Shown here in pieces: positions 1-14,223 of a stretch of 55,124 nucleotides of DNA. The stretch is taken from contig JAUCBJ010002839.1 of assembly GCA_032718475.1 (NCBI GenBank), forward strand, positions 1-55,124, given 5' to 3'. Source of the stretch: Nemertoderma westbladi (Eukaryota; Animalia; Xenacoelomorpha). The position numbers and the translations under genes are program-made. Under the pieces are notes generated by a model that had not been told where the DNA came from, did no database searches, and saw nothing but the letters and a program-made list of their open reading frames with translations. How positions within the stretch are numbered: the first letter of the stretch is position 1; every line of letters starts with the position of its first letter.

Positions 1-3000
1 AGTTCCAGTTATCTGGTAACATATTTAAATAGAGTGGAACTGGTTCCAGTTATCTGGTAACATATTTATATAGAGTGGAACTAGTTCCAGTTATCTGGTA
101 ACATATTTAAATAGAGTGGAACTAGTTCCAGTTATCTGGTAACATATTTAAATAGAGTGGAACTAGTTCCAGTTATCTGGTAACATATTTAAATAGAGTG
201 GAACTGGTTCCAGTTATCTGGTAACATATTTAAATAGAGTGGAACTGGTTCCAGTTATCTGGTAACATATTTAAATAGAGTGGAACTGGTTCCAGTTATC
301 TGGTAACATATTTAAATAGAGTGGAACTAGTTCCAGTTATCTGGTAACATATTTAAATAGAGTGGAACTGGTTCCAGTTATCTTGTAACATATTTAAATA
401 GAGTGGAACTAGTTCCAGTTATCTGGTAACATATTTAAATAGAGTGGAACTGGTTCCAGTTATCTGGTAACATATTTAAATAGAGTGGAACTAGTTCCAG
501 TTATCTGGTAACATATTTAAATAGAGTGGAACTAGTTCCAGTTATCTGGTAACATATTTAAATAGAGTGGAACTAGTTCCAGTTATCTGGTAACATATTT
601 AAATAGAGTGGAACTAGTTCCAGTTATCTGGTAACATATTTAAATAGAGTGGAACTGGTTCCAGTTATCTGGTAACATATTTATATAGAGTGGAACTGGT
701 TCCAGTTATCTGGTAACATATTTAAATAGAGTGGAACTAGTTCCAGTTATCTGGTAACATATTTAAATAGAGTGGAACTAGTTCCAGTTATCTGGTAACA
801 TATTTAAATAGAGTGGAACTAGTTCCAGTTATCTGGTAACATATTTAAATAGAGTGGAACTAGTTCCAGTTATCTGGTAACATATTTAAATAGAGTGGAA
901 CTAGTTCCAGTTATCTGGTAACATATTTAAATAGAGTGGAACTAGTTCCAGTTATCTGGTAACATATTTAAATAGAGTGGAACTAGTTCCAGTTATCTGG
1001 TAACATATTTAAATAGAGTGGAACTAGTTCCAGTTATCTGGTAACATATTTAAATAGAGTGGAACTAGTTCCAGTTATCTGGTAACATATTTAAATAGAG
1101 TGGAACTAGTTCCAGTTATCTGGTAACATATTTAAATAGAGTGGAACTAGTTCCAGTTATCTGGTAACATATTTAAATAGAGTGGAACTAGTTCCAGTTA
1201 TCTGGTAACATATTTAAATAGAGTGGAACTAGTTCCAGTTATCTGGTAACATATTTAAATAGAGTGGAACTAGTTCCAGTTATCTGGTAACATATTTAAA
1301 TAGAGTGGAACTGGTTCCAGTTATCTGGTAACATATTTAAATAGAGTGGAACTAGTTCCAGTTATCTGGTAACATATTTAAATAGAGTGGAACTAGTTCC
1401 AGTTATCTGGTAACATATTTAAATAGAGTGGAACTAGTTCCAGTTATCTGGTAACATATTTAAATAGAGTGGAACTAGTTCCAGTTATCTGGTAACATAT
1501 TTAAATAGAGTGGAACTGGTTCCAGTTATCTGGTAACATATTTAAATAGAGTGGAACTAGTTCCAGTTATCTGGTAACATATTTAAATAGAGTGGAACTA
1601 GTTCCAGTTATCTGGTAACATATTTAAATAGAGTGGAACTAGTTCCAGTTATCTGGTAACATATTTATATAGAGTGGAACTAGTTCCAGTTATCTGGTAA
1701 CATATTTATATAGAGTGGAACTAGTTCCAGTTATCTGGTAACATATTTAAATAGAGTGGAACTAGTTCCAGTTATCTGGTAACATATTTAAATAGAGTGG
1801 AACTAGTTCCAGTTATCTGGTAACATATTTAAATAGAGTGGAACTAGTTCCAGTTATCTGGTAACATATTTAAATAGAGTGGAACTAGTTCCAGTTATCT
1901 GGTAACATATTTAAATAGAGTGGAACTAGTTCCAGTTATCTGGTAACATATTTATATAGAGTGGAACTAGTTCCAGTTATCTGGTAACATATTTATATAG
2001 AGTGGAACTAGTTCCAGTTATCTGGTAACATATTTATATAGAGTGGAACTAGTTCCAGTTATCTGGTAACATATTTAAATAGAGTGGAACTAGTTCCAGT
2101 TATCTGGTAACATATTTATATAGAGTGGAACTAGTTCCAGTTATCTGGTAACATATTTAAATAGAGTGGAACTAGTTCCAGTTATCTGGTAACATATTTA
2201 AATAGAGTGGAACTAGTTCCAGTTATCTGGTAACATATTTATATAGAGTGGAACTAGTTCCAGTTATCTGGTAACATATTTAAATAGAGTGGAACTAGTT
2301 CCAGTTATCTGGTAACATATTTAAATAGAGTGGAACTAGTTCCAGTTATCTGGTAACATATTTAAATAGAGTGGAACTAGTTCCAGTTATCTGGTAACAT
2401 ATTTAAATAGAGTGGAACTAGTTCCAGTTATCTGGTAACATATTTAAATAGAGTGGAACTAGTTCCAGTTATCTGGTAACATATTTAAATAGAGTGGAAC
2501 TAGTTCCAGTTATCTGGTAACATATTTAAATAGAGTGGAACTAGTTCCAGTTATCTGGTAACATATTTATATAGAGTGGAACTAGTTCCAGTTATCTGGT
2601 AACATATTTATATAGAGTGGAACTAGTTCCAGTTATCTGGTAACATATTTATATAGAGTGGAACTAGTTCCAGTTATCTGGTAACATATTTAAATAGAGT
2701 GGAACTAGTTCCAGTTATCTGGTAACATATTTATATAGAGTGGAACTAGTTCCAGTTATCTGGTAACATATTTATATAGAGTGGAACTAGTTCCAGTTAT
2801 CTGGTAACATATTTAAATAGAGTGGAACTAGTTCCAGTTATCTGGTAACATATTTAAATAGAGTGGAACTAGTTCCAGATATCTGGTAACATATTTAAAT
2901 AGAGTGGAACTAGTTCCAGTTATCTGGTAACATATTTAAATAGAGTGGAACTAGTTCCAGTTATCTGGTAACATATTTAAATAGAGTGGAACTAGTTCCA

Positions 3001-6000
3001 GTTATCTTGTAACATATTTAAATAGAGTGGAACTAGTTCCAGTTATCTGGTAACATATTTAAATAGAGTGGAACTAGTTCCAGTTATCTGGTAACATATT
3101 TAAATAGAGTGGAACTAGTTCCAGATATCTGGTAACATATTTAAATAGAGTGGAACTAGTTCCAGTTATCTGGTAACATATTTAAATAGAGTGGAACTAG
3201 TTCCAGATATCTGGTAACATATTTAAATAGAGTGGAACTAGTTCCAGTTATTGGTAACATATTTATATAGAGTTGAACTAGTTCCAGTTATCTGGTAACA
3301 TATTTAAATAGAGTGGAACTGGTTCCAGTTATCTTGTAACATATTTAAATAGAGTGGAACTGTTCCAGTTATCTTGTAACATATTTAAATAGAGTGGAAC
3401 TGGTTCCGGTTATCTGGTAACATATTTAAATAGAGTGGAACTAGTTCCAGTTATCTGGTAACATATTTAAATAGAGTGGAACTAGTTCCAGTTATCTGGT
3501 AACATATTTAAATAGAGTGGAACTAGTTCCAGTTATCTGGTAACATATTTAAATAGAGTGGAACTAGTTCCAGTTATCTGGTAACATATTTAAATAGAGT
3601 GGAACTAGTTCCAGTTATCTGGTAACATATTTAAATAGAGTGGAACTAGTTCCAGTTATCTGGTAACATATTTAAATAGAGTGGAACTAGTTCCAGTTAT
3701 CTGGTAACATATTTATATAGAGTGGAACTAGTTCCAGTTATCTGGTAACATATTTAAATAGAGTGGAACTAGTTCCAGTTATCTGGTAACATATTTATAT
3801 AGAGTGGAACTAGTTCCAGTTATCTGGTAACATATTTATATAGAGTGGAACTAGTTCCAGATATCTGGTAACATAGTTAAATAGAGTGGAACTAGTTCCA
3901 GTTATCTGGTAACATATTTAAATAGAGTGGAACTAGTTCCAGTTATCTGGTAACATATTTAAATAGAGTGGAACTAGTTCCAGTTATCTGGTAACATATT
4001 TAAATAGAGTGGAACTAGTTCCAGTTATCTGGTAACATATTTAAATAGAGTGGAACTAGTTCCAGTTATCTGGTAACATATTTAAATAGAGTGGAACTAG
4101 TTCCAGTTATCTGGTAACATATTTAAATAGAGTGGAACTAGTTCCAGTTATCTGGTAACATATTTATATAGAGTGGAACTAGTTCCAGTTATCTGGTAAC
4201 ATATTTATATAGAGTGGAACTAGTTCCAGTTATCTGGTAACATATTTATATAGAGTGGAACTAGTTCCAGTTATCTGGTAACATATTTAAATAGAGTGGA
4301 ACTAGTTCCAGTTATCTGGTAACATATTTATATAGAGTGGAACTAGTTCCAGTTATCTGGTAACATATTTATATAGAGTGGAACTAGTTCCAGTTATCTG
4401 GTAACATATTTAAATAGAGTGGAACTAGTTCCAGTTATCTGGTAACATATTTAAATAGAGTGGAACTAGTTCCAGATATCTGGTAACATATTTAAATAGA
4501 GTGGAACTAGTTCCAGTTATCTGGTAACATATTTAAATAGAGTGGAACTAGTTCCAGTTATCTGGTAACATATTTAAATAGAGTGGAACTAGTTCCAGTT
4601 ATCTGGTAACATATTTAAATAGAGTGGAACTAGTTCCAGTTATCTGGTAACATATTTAAATAGAGTGGAACTAGTTCCAGTTATCTGGTAACATATTTAA
4701 ATAGAGTGGAACTGGTTCCAGTTATCTGGTAACATATTTAAATAGAGTGGAACTAGTTCCAGTTATCTGGTAACATATTTAAATAGAGTGGAACTAGTTC
4801 CAGTTATCTGGTAACATATTTAAATAGAGTGGAACTAGTTCCAGTTATCTGGTAACATATTTAAATAGAGTGGAACTGGTTCCAGTTATCTGGTAACATA
4901 TTTAAATAGAGTGGAACTAGTTCCAGTTATCTGGTAACATATTTAAATAGAGTGGAACTAGTTCCAGTTATCTGGTAACATATTTAAATAGAGTGGAACT
5001 AGTTCCAGTTATCTGGTAACATATTTAAATAGAGTGGAACTAGTTCCAGTTATCTGGTAACATATTTAAATAGAGTGGAACTAGTTCCAGTTATCTGGTA
5101 ACATATTTAAATAGAGTGGAACTAGTTCCAGTTATCTGGTAACATATTTAAATAGAGTGGAACTAGTTCCAGTTATCTGGTAACATATTTATATAGAGTG
5201 GAACTAGTTCCAGTTATCTGGTAACATATTTAAATAGAGTGGAACTGGTTCCAGTTATCTGGTAACATATTTAAATAGAGTGGAACTAGTTCCAGTTATC
5301 TTGTAACATATTTAAATAGAGTGGAACTAGTTCCAGTTATCTGGTAACATATTTAAATAGAGTGGAACTAGTTCCAGTTATCTGGTAACATATTTAAATA
5401 GAGTGGAACTAGTTCCAGTTATCTGGTAACATATTTAAATAGAGTGGAACTAGTTCCAGTTATCTGGTAACATATTTAAATAGAGTGGAACTAGTTCCAG
5501 TTATCTGGTAACATATTTAAATAGAGTGGAACTAGTTCCAGTTATCTGGTAACATATTTAAATAGAGTGGAACTAGTTCCAGTTATCTGGTAACATATTT
5601 AAATAGAGTGGAACTAGTTCCAGTTATCTGGTAACATATTTAAATAGAGTGGAACTAGTTCCAGTTATCTGGTAACATATTTAAATAGAGTGGAACTAGT
5701 TCCAGTTATCTGGTAACATATTTAAATAGAGTGGAACTAGTTCCAGTTATCTGGTAACATATTTAAATAGAGTGGAACTAGTTCCAGTTATCTGGTAACA
5801 TATTTAAATAGAGTGGAACTAGTTCCAGTTATCTGGTAACATATTTAAATAGAGTGGAACTAGTTCCAGTTATCTGGTAACATATTTAAATAGAGTGGAA
5901 CTAGTTCCAGTTATCTGGTAACATATTTAAATAGAGTGGAACTAGTTCCAGTTATCTGGTAACATATTTAAATAGAGTGGAACTAGTTCCAGTTATCTGG

Positions 6001-9000
6001 TAACATATTTAAATAGAGTGGAACTAGTTCCAGTTATCTGGTAACATATTTAAATAGAGTGGAACTAGTTCCAGTTATCTGGTAACATATTTAAATAGAG
6101 TGGAACTAGTTCCAGTTATCTGGTAACATATTTAAATAGAGTGGAACTAGTTCCAGTTATCTGGTAACATATTTAAATAGAGTGGAACTAGTTCCAGTTA
6201 TCTGGTAACATATTTAAATAGAGTGGAACTAGTTCCAGTTATCTGGTAACATATTTAAATAGAGTGGAACTAGTTCCAGTTATCTGGTAACATATTTAAA
6301 TAGAGTGGAACTAGTTCCAGTTATCTGGTAACATATTTAAATAGAGTGGAACTAGTTCCAGTTATCTGGTAACATATTTAAATAGAGTGGAACTAGTTCC
6401 AGTTATCTGGTAACATATTTAAATAGAGTGGAACTAGTTCCAGTTATCTGGTAACATATTTAAATAGAGTGGAACTAGTTCCAGTTATCTGGTAACATAT
6501 TTAAATAGAGTGGAACTAGTTCCAGTTATCTGGTAACATATTTAAATAGAGTGGAACTAGTTCCAGTTATCTGGTAACATATTTAAATAGAGTGGAACTA
6601 GTTCCAGTTATCTGGTAACATATTTAAATAGAGTGGAACTAGTTCCAGTTATCTGGTAACATATTTAAATAGAGTGGAACTAGTTCCAGTTATCTGGTAA
6701 CATATTTAAATAGAGTGGAACTAGTTCCAGTTATCTGGTAACATATTTAAATAGAGTGGAACTAGTTCCAGTTATCTGGTAACATATTTAAATAGAGTGG
6801 AACTAGTTCCAGTTATCTGGTAACATATTTAAATAGAGTGGAACTAGTTCCAGTTATCTGGTAACATATTTAAATAGAGTGGAACTAGTTCCAGTTATCT
6901 GGTAACATATTTAAATAGAGTGGAACTAGTTCCAGTTATCTGGTAACATATTTAAATAGAGTGGAACTAGTTCCAGTTATCTGGTAACATATTTAAATAG
7001 AGTGGAACTAGTTCCAGTTATCTGGTAACATATTTAAATAGAGTGGAACTAGTTCCAGTTATCTGGTAACATATTTAAATAGAGTGGAACTAGTTCCAGT
7101 TATCTGGTAACATATTTAAATAGAGTGGAACTAGTTCCAGTTATCTGGTAACATATTTAAATAGAGTGGAACTAGTTCCAGTTATCTGGTAACATATTTA
7201 AATAGAGTGGAACTAGTTCCAGTTATCTGGTAACATATTTAAATAGAGTGGAACTAGTTCCAGTTATCTGGTAACATATTTAAATAGAGTGGAACTAGTT
7301 CCAGTTATCTGGTAACATATTTAAATAGAGTGGAACTAGTTCCAGTTATCTGGTAACATATTTAAATAGAGTGGAACTAGTTCCAGTTATCTGGTAACAT
7401 ATTTAAATAGAGTGGAACTAGTTCCAGTTATCTGGTAACATATTTAAATAGAGTGGAACTAGTTCCAGTTATCTGGTAACATATTTAAATAGAGTGGAAC
7501 TAGTTCCAGTTATCTGGTAACATATTTAAATAGAGTGGAACTAGTTCCAGTTATCTGGTAACATATTTAAATAGAGTGGAACTAGTTCCAGTTATCTGGT
7601 AACATATTTAAATAGAGTGGAACTAGTTCCAGTTATCTGGTAACATATTTAAATAGAGTGGAACTAGTTCCAGTTATCTGGTAACATATTTAAATAGAGT
7701 GGAACTAGTTCCAGTTATCTGGTAACATATTTAAATAGAGTGGAACTAGTTCCAGTTATCTGGTAACATATTTAAATAGAGTGGAACTAGTTCCAGTTAT
7801 CTGGTAACATATTTAAATAGAGTGGAACTAGTTCCAGTTATCTGGTAACATATTTAAATAGAGTGGAACTAGTTCCAGTTATCTGGTAACATATTTAAAT
7901 AGAGTGGAACTAGTTCCAGTTATCTGGTAACATATTTAAATAGAGTGGAACTAGTTCCAGTTATCTGGTAACATATTTAAATAGAGTGGAACTAGTTCCA
8001 GTTATCTGGTAACATATTTAAATAGAGTGGAACTAGTTCCAGTTATCTGGTAACATATTTAAATAGAGTGGAACTAGTTCCAGTTATCTGGTAACATATT
8101 TAAATAGAGTGGAACTAGTTCCAGTTATCTGGTAACATATTTAAATAGAGTGGAACTAGTTCCAGTTATCTGGTAACATATTTATATAGAGTGGAACTAG
8201 TTCCAGTTATCTGGTAACATATTTATATAGAGTGGAACTAGTTCCAGTTATCTGGTAACATATTTAAATAGAGTGGAACTAGTTCCAGTTATCTGGTAAC
8301 ATATTTATATAGAGTGGAACTAGTTCCAGTTATCTGGTAACATATTTAAATAGAGTGGAACTAGTTCCAGTTATCTGGTAACATATTTAAATAGAGTTGA
8401 ACTAGTTCCAGTTATCTGGTAACATATTTAAATAGAGTGGAACTAGTTCCAGTTATCTGGTAACATATTTAAATAGAGTGGAACTAGTTCCAGTTATCAG
8501 GTAACATATTTAAATAGAGTAGAACTAGTTCCAGTTATCTGGTAACATATTTAAATAGAGTGGAACTAGTTCCAGTTATCAGGTAACATATTTAAATAGA
8601 GTGGAACTAGTTCCAGTTATCTGGTAACATATTTAAATAGAGTGGAACTAGTTCCAGTTATCTGGTAACATATTTAAATAGAGTGGAACTAGTTCCAGTT
8701 ATCTGGTAACATATTTAAATAGAGTGGAACTAGTTCCACTTATCTGGTAACATATTTAAATAGAGTGGAACTAGTTCCAGTTATCTGGTAACATATTTAA
8801 ATAGAGTGGAACTAGTTCCAGTTATCTGGTAACATATTTAAATAGAGTGGAACTAGTTCCAGTTATCTGGTAACATATTTAAATAGAGTGGAACTAGTTC
8901 CAGTTATCTGGTAACATATTTAAATAGAGTGGAACTAGTTCCAGTTATCTGGTAACATATTTAAATAGAGTGGAACTAGTTCCAGTTATCTGGTAACATA

Positions 9001-10970
9001 TTTAAATAGAGTGGAACTAGTTCCAGTTATCTGGTAACATATTTATATAGAGTGGAACTAGTTCCAGTTATCTGGTAACATAATTAAATAGAGTGGAACT
9101 AGTTCCAGTTATCTGGTAACATATTTAAATAGAGTGGAACTAGTTCCAGTTATCTGGTAACATATTTAAATAGAGTGGAACTAGTTCCAGTTATCTGGTA
9201 ACATATTTAAATAGAGTGGAACTAGTTCCAGTTATCTGGTAACATATTTAAATAGAGTGGAACTAGTTCCAGTTATCTGGCAACATATTTAAATAGAGTG
9301 GAACTAGTTCCAGTTATCTGGTAACATATTTAAATAGAGTGGAACTAGTTCCAGTTATCTGGTAACATATTTAAATAGAGTGGAACTAGTTCCAGTTATC
9401 TGGTAACATATTTAAATAGAGTGGAACTAGTTCCAGTTATCTGGTAACATATTTAAATAGAGTGGAACTAGTTCCAGTTATCTGGTAACATATTTAAATA
9501 GAGTGGAACTAGTTCCAGTTATCTAGTAACATATTTATATAGAGTGGAACTAGTTCCAGTTATCTGGTAACATATTTATATAGAGTGGAACTAGTTCCAG
9601 TTATCTGGTAACATATTTATATAGAGTGGAACTAGTTCCAGTTATCTGGTAACATATTTAAATAGAGTGGAACTAGTTCCAGTTATCTGGTAACATATTT
9701 AAATAGAGTTGAACTAGTTCCAGTTATCTGGTAACATATTTAAATATAGTGGAACTAGTTCCAGTTATCTGGTAACATATTTAAATAGAGTTGAACTAGT
9801 TCCAGTTATCTGGTAACATATTTAAATAGAGTGGAACTAGTTCCAAATATCTGGTAACATATTTAAATAGAGTGGAACTAGTTCCAGTTATTGGTAACAT
9901 ATTTATATAGAGTTGAACTAGTTCCAGTTATCTGGTAACATATTTAAATAGAGTGGAACTGGTTCCGGTTATCTGGTAACATATTTAAATAGAGTGGAAC
10001 TAGTTCCAGTTATCTGGTAACATATTTAAATAGAGTGGAACTAGTTCCAGTTATCTGGTAACATATTTATATAGAGTGGAACTAGTTCCAGTTATCTGGT
10101 AACATATTTATATAGAGTGGAACTAGTTCCAGATATCTGGTAACATATTTATATAGAGTGGAACTAGTTCCAGTTATCTGGTAACATATTTATATAGAGT
10201 GGAACTAGTTCCAGATATCTGGTAACATATTTATATAGAGTGGAACTAGTTTCAGTTATCTGGTAACATATTTATATAGAGTGGAACTAGTTCCAGTTAT
10301 CTGGTAACATATTTATATAGAGTGGAACTAGTTCCAGTTATCTGGTAACATATTTAAATAGAGTGGAACTAGTTCCAGTTATCTAGTAACATATTTAAAT
10401 ATAGTGGAACTAGTTCCAGTTATCTTGTAACATATTTAAATAGAGTGGAACTAGTTCCAGTTATCTGGTAACATATTTAAATAGAGTGGAACTAGTTCCA
10501 GTTATCTGGTAACATATTTATATAGAGTGGAACTAGTTCCAGTTATCTGGTAACATATTTATATAGAGTGGAACTAGTTCCAGTTATCTGGTAACATATT
10601 TATATAGAGTGGAACTAGTTCCAGTTATCTGGTAACATATTTAAATAGAGTGGAACTAGTTCCAGTTATCTGGTAACATATTTAAATAGAGTGGAACTAG
10701 TTCCAGTTATCTGGTAACATATTTAAATAGAGTGGAACTAGTTCCAGTTATCTGGTAACATATTTAAATAGAGTGGAACTAGTTCCAGTTATCTGGTAAC
10801 ATATTTAAATAGAGTTGAACTAGTTCCAGTTATCTGGTAACATATTTAAATAGAGTGGAACTAGTTCCAGATATCTGGTAACATATTTAAATAGAGTGGA
10901 ACTAGTTCCAGTTATCTGGTAACATATTTAAATAGAGTGGAACTAGTTCCAGTTATCTGGTAACATATTT
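1..10970. repeat. 41-bp satellite array (~267 monomers, continues past window start)
   Basis: Tandem monomer AGTTCCAGTTATCTGGTAACATATTTAAATAGAGTGGAACT with sparse SNP variants (tttata/tttaaa, actgg/actag). It ends at ...taacatattt (10970). Confidence 0.99.
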
Positions 10971-11046
10971 GCACTTCTGGTAGGATTTACTCCCTCAATG
11001 TCTGTATATTGTTCTAAATTGAATTAATTCATAATTATTAATTTAG

Positions 11047-11119
11047 AGAAACTTGCGGAAGCCTCTAATATCGATGTCGCTGTGGTCCCGCCTAAGGGGG
11101 AAATATCCGGAAACACCAG
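11047..11119 (+). CDS. Candidate common (constant) internal coding exon of a BED-finger gene
   Basis: GC-richer island between two satellites. It is preceded by AT-rich ...attaatttag and ends in CACCAG|GTGAGT (consensus donor, GT at 11120-11121). Open frame: ag-KLAEASNIDVAVVPPKGEISGNT-ag. It ends in phase 2, matching all four downstream BED cassettes. Confidence 0.72.
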
Positions 11120-14100
11120 GTGAGTTTATTGTGTAGCCCGGAATCCGGGTGAGTTTATTGTGTCACCCGGAATCCGAGTGAGTTTATTGTGTAACCCGGA
11201 ATCCGAGTGAGTTTATTGTGTAACCCGGAATCCGAGTGAGTTTATTGAGTAACCCGGAATCCGAGTGAGTTTATTGTGTAACCCGGAATCCAGTGAGTTT
11301 ATTGTGTAACCCGGAATCCGGGTGAGTTTATTGTGTAACCCGGAATCCGGGTGAGTTTATTGTGTAACCCGGAATCCGAGTGAGTTTATTGAGTAACCCG
11401 GAATCCGAGTGAGTTTATTGTGTAACCCGGAATCCAGTGAGTTTATTGTGTAACCCGGAATCCGGGTGAGTTTATTGTGTAACCCGGAATCCGGGTGAGT
11501 TTATTGTGTAACCCGGAATCCGGGTGAGTTTATTCTGTAACCCGGAATCCGAGTGAGTTTATTGTGTAACCCGGAATCCAGTGAGTTTATTGTGTAACCC
11601 GGAATCCGGGTGAGTTTATTGTGTAACCCGGAATCCGGGTGAGTTTATTGTGTAACCCGGAATCCGAGTGAGTTTATTGTGTAACCCGGAATCCGAGTGA
11701 GTTTATTGAGTAACCCGGAATCCGAGTGAGTTTATTGTGTAACCCGGAATCCGAGTGAGTTTATTGTGTAACCCGGAATCCGAGTGAGTTTATTGAGTAA
11801 CCCGGAATCCGAGTGAGTTTATTGTGTAACCCGGAATCCAGTGAGTTTATTGTGTAACCCGGAATCCGGGTGAGTTTATTGTGTAACCCGGAATCCGGGT
11901 GAGTTTATTGTGTAACCCGGAATCCGGGTGAGTTTATTGTGTAACCCGGAATCCGGGTGAGTTTATTGTGTAACCCGGAATCCGGGTGAGTTTATTGTGT
12001 AACCCGGAATCCGGGTGAGTTTATTCTGTAACCCGGAATCCGAGTGAGTTTATTGTGTAACCCGGAATCCAGTGAGTTTATTGTGTAACCCGGAATCCGG
12101 GTGAGTTTATTGTGTAACCCGGAATCCGGGTGAGTTTATTGTGTAACCCGGAATCCGAGTGAGTTTATTGTGTAACCCGGAATCCGAGTGAGTTTATTGA
12201 GTAACCCGGAATCCGAGTGAGTTTATTGTGTAACCCGGAATCCGAGTGAGTTTATTGTGTAACCCGGAATCCGAGTGAGTTTATTGAGTAACCCGGAATC
12301 CGAGTGAGTTTATTGTGTAACCCGGAATCCAGTGAGTTTATTGTGTAACCCGGAATCCGGGTGAGTTTATTGTGTAACCCGGAATCCGAGTGAGTTTATT
12401 GTGTAACCCGGAATCCGAGTGAGTTTATTGTGTAACCCGGAATCCGAGTGAGTTTATTGAGTAACCCGGAATCCGAGTGAGTTTATTGTGTAACCCGGAA
12501 TCCAGTGAGTTTATTGTGTAACCCGGAATCCGGGTGAGTTTATTGTGTAACCCGGAATCCGGGTGAGTTTATTGTGTAACCCGGAATCCGGGTGAGTTTA
12601 TTGTGTAACCCGGAATCCGGGTGAGTTTATTGTGTAACCCGGAATCCGGGTGAGTTTATTGAGTAACCCGGAATCCGAGTGAGTTTATTGTGTAACCCGG
12701 AATCCAGTGAGTTTATTGTGTAACCCGGAATCCGGGTGAGTTTATTGTGTAACCCGGAATCCGGGTGAGTTTATTGTGTAACCCGGAATCCGAGTGAGTT
12801 TATTGAGTAACCCGGAATCCGAGTGAGTTTATTGTGTAACCCGGAATCCAGTGAGTTTATTGTGTAACCCGGAATCCGGGTGAGTTTATTGTGTAACCCG
12901 GAATCCGGGTGAGTTTATTGTGTAACCCGGAATCCGAGTGAGTTTATTGAGTAACCCGGAATCCGAGTGAGTTTATTGTGTAACCCGGAATCCAGTGAGT
13001 TTATTGTGTAACCCGGAATCCGGGTGAGTTTATTGTGTAACCCGGAATCCGGGTGAGTTTATTGTGTAACCCGGAATCCGGGTGAGTTTATTCTGTAACC
13101 CGGAATCCGAGTGAGTTTATTGTGTAACCCGGAATCCAGTGAGTTTATTGTGTAACCCGGAATCCGGGTGAGTTTATTGTGTAACCCGGAATCCGGGTGA
13201 GTTTATTGTGTAACCCGGAATCCGAATGAGTTTATTGTGTAACCCGGAATCCGAGTGAGTTTATTGAGTAACCCGGAATCCGAGTGAGTTTATTGTGTAA
13301 CCCGGAATCCGAGTGAGTTTATTGTGTAACCCGGAATCCGAGTGAGTTTATTGAGTAACCCGGAATCCGAGTGAGTTTATTGTGTAACCCGGAATCCAGT
13401 GAGTTTATTGTGTAACCCGGAATCCGGGTGAGTTTATTGTGTAACCCTGAATCCGAGTGAGTTTATTGAGTAACCCGGAATCCGAGTGAGTTTATTGTGT
13501 AACCCGGAATCCGAGTGAGTTTATTGTGTAACCCGGAATCCGAGTGAGTTTATTGAGTAACCCGGAATCCGAGTGAGTTTATTGTGTAACCCGGAATCCA
13601 GTGAGTTTATTGTGTAACCCGGAATCCGGGTGAGTTTATTGTGTAACCCGGAATCCGGGTGAGTTTATTGTGTAACCCGGAATCCGAGTGAGTTTATTGA
13701 GTAACCCGGAATCCGAGTGAGTTTATTGTGTAACCCGGAATCCAGTGAGTTTATTGTGTAACCCGGAATCCGGGTGAGTTTATTGTGTAACCCGGAATCC
13801 GGGTGAGTTTATTGTGTAACCCGGAATCCGGGTGAGTTTATTCTGTAACCCGGAATCCGAGTGAGTTTATTGTGTAACCCGGAATCCAGTGAGTTTATTG
13901 TGTAACCCGGAATCCGGGTGAGTTTATTGTGTAACCCGGAATCCGAGTGAGTTTATTGAGTAACCCGGAATCCGAGTGAGTTTATTGTGTAACCCGGAAT
14001 CCAGTGAGTTTATTGTGTAACCCGGAATCCGGGTGAGTTTATTGTGTAACCCGGAATCCGGGTGAGTTTATTGTGTAACCCGGAATCCGGGTGAGTTTAT

Positions 14101-14223
14101 TGTGTAACCCGGAATCCGGGTGAGTTTATTGTGTAACCCGGAATCCGAGTGATTTTATTGTGTAACCCGGAATCCGAGTGAGTTTATTGTGTAACCCGGA
14201 ATCCGGGTGAGTTAATTGTGTAA
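11120..14223 (+). repeat. 29-bp satellite array (~107 monomers), each carrying the GTGAGT donor hexamer
   Basis: Monomer GTGAGTTTATTGTGTAACCCGGAATCCG(G/A), with recurring 28-bp (..atccagtgagt) and ttgagt/ttctgt variants. It begins exactly at the donor GT of the 11047-11119 exon. Confidence 0.98.
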
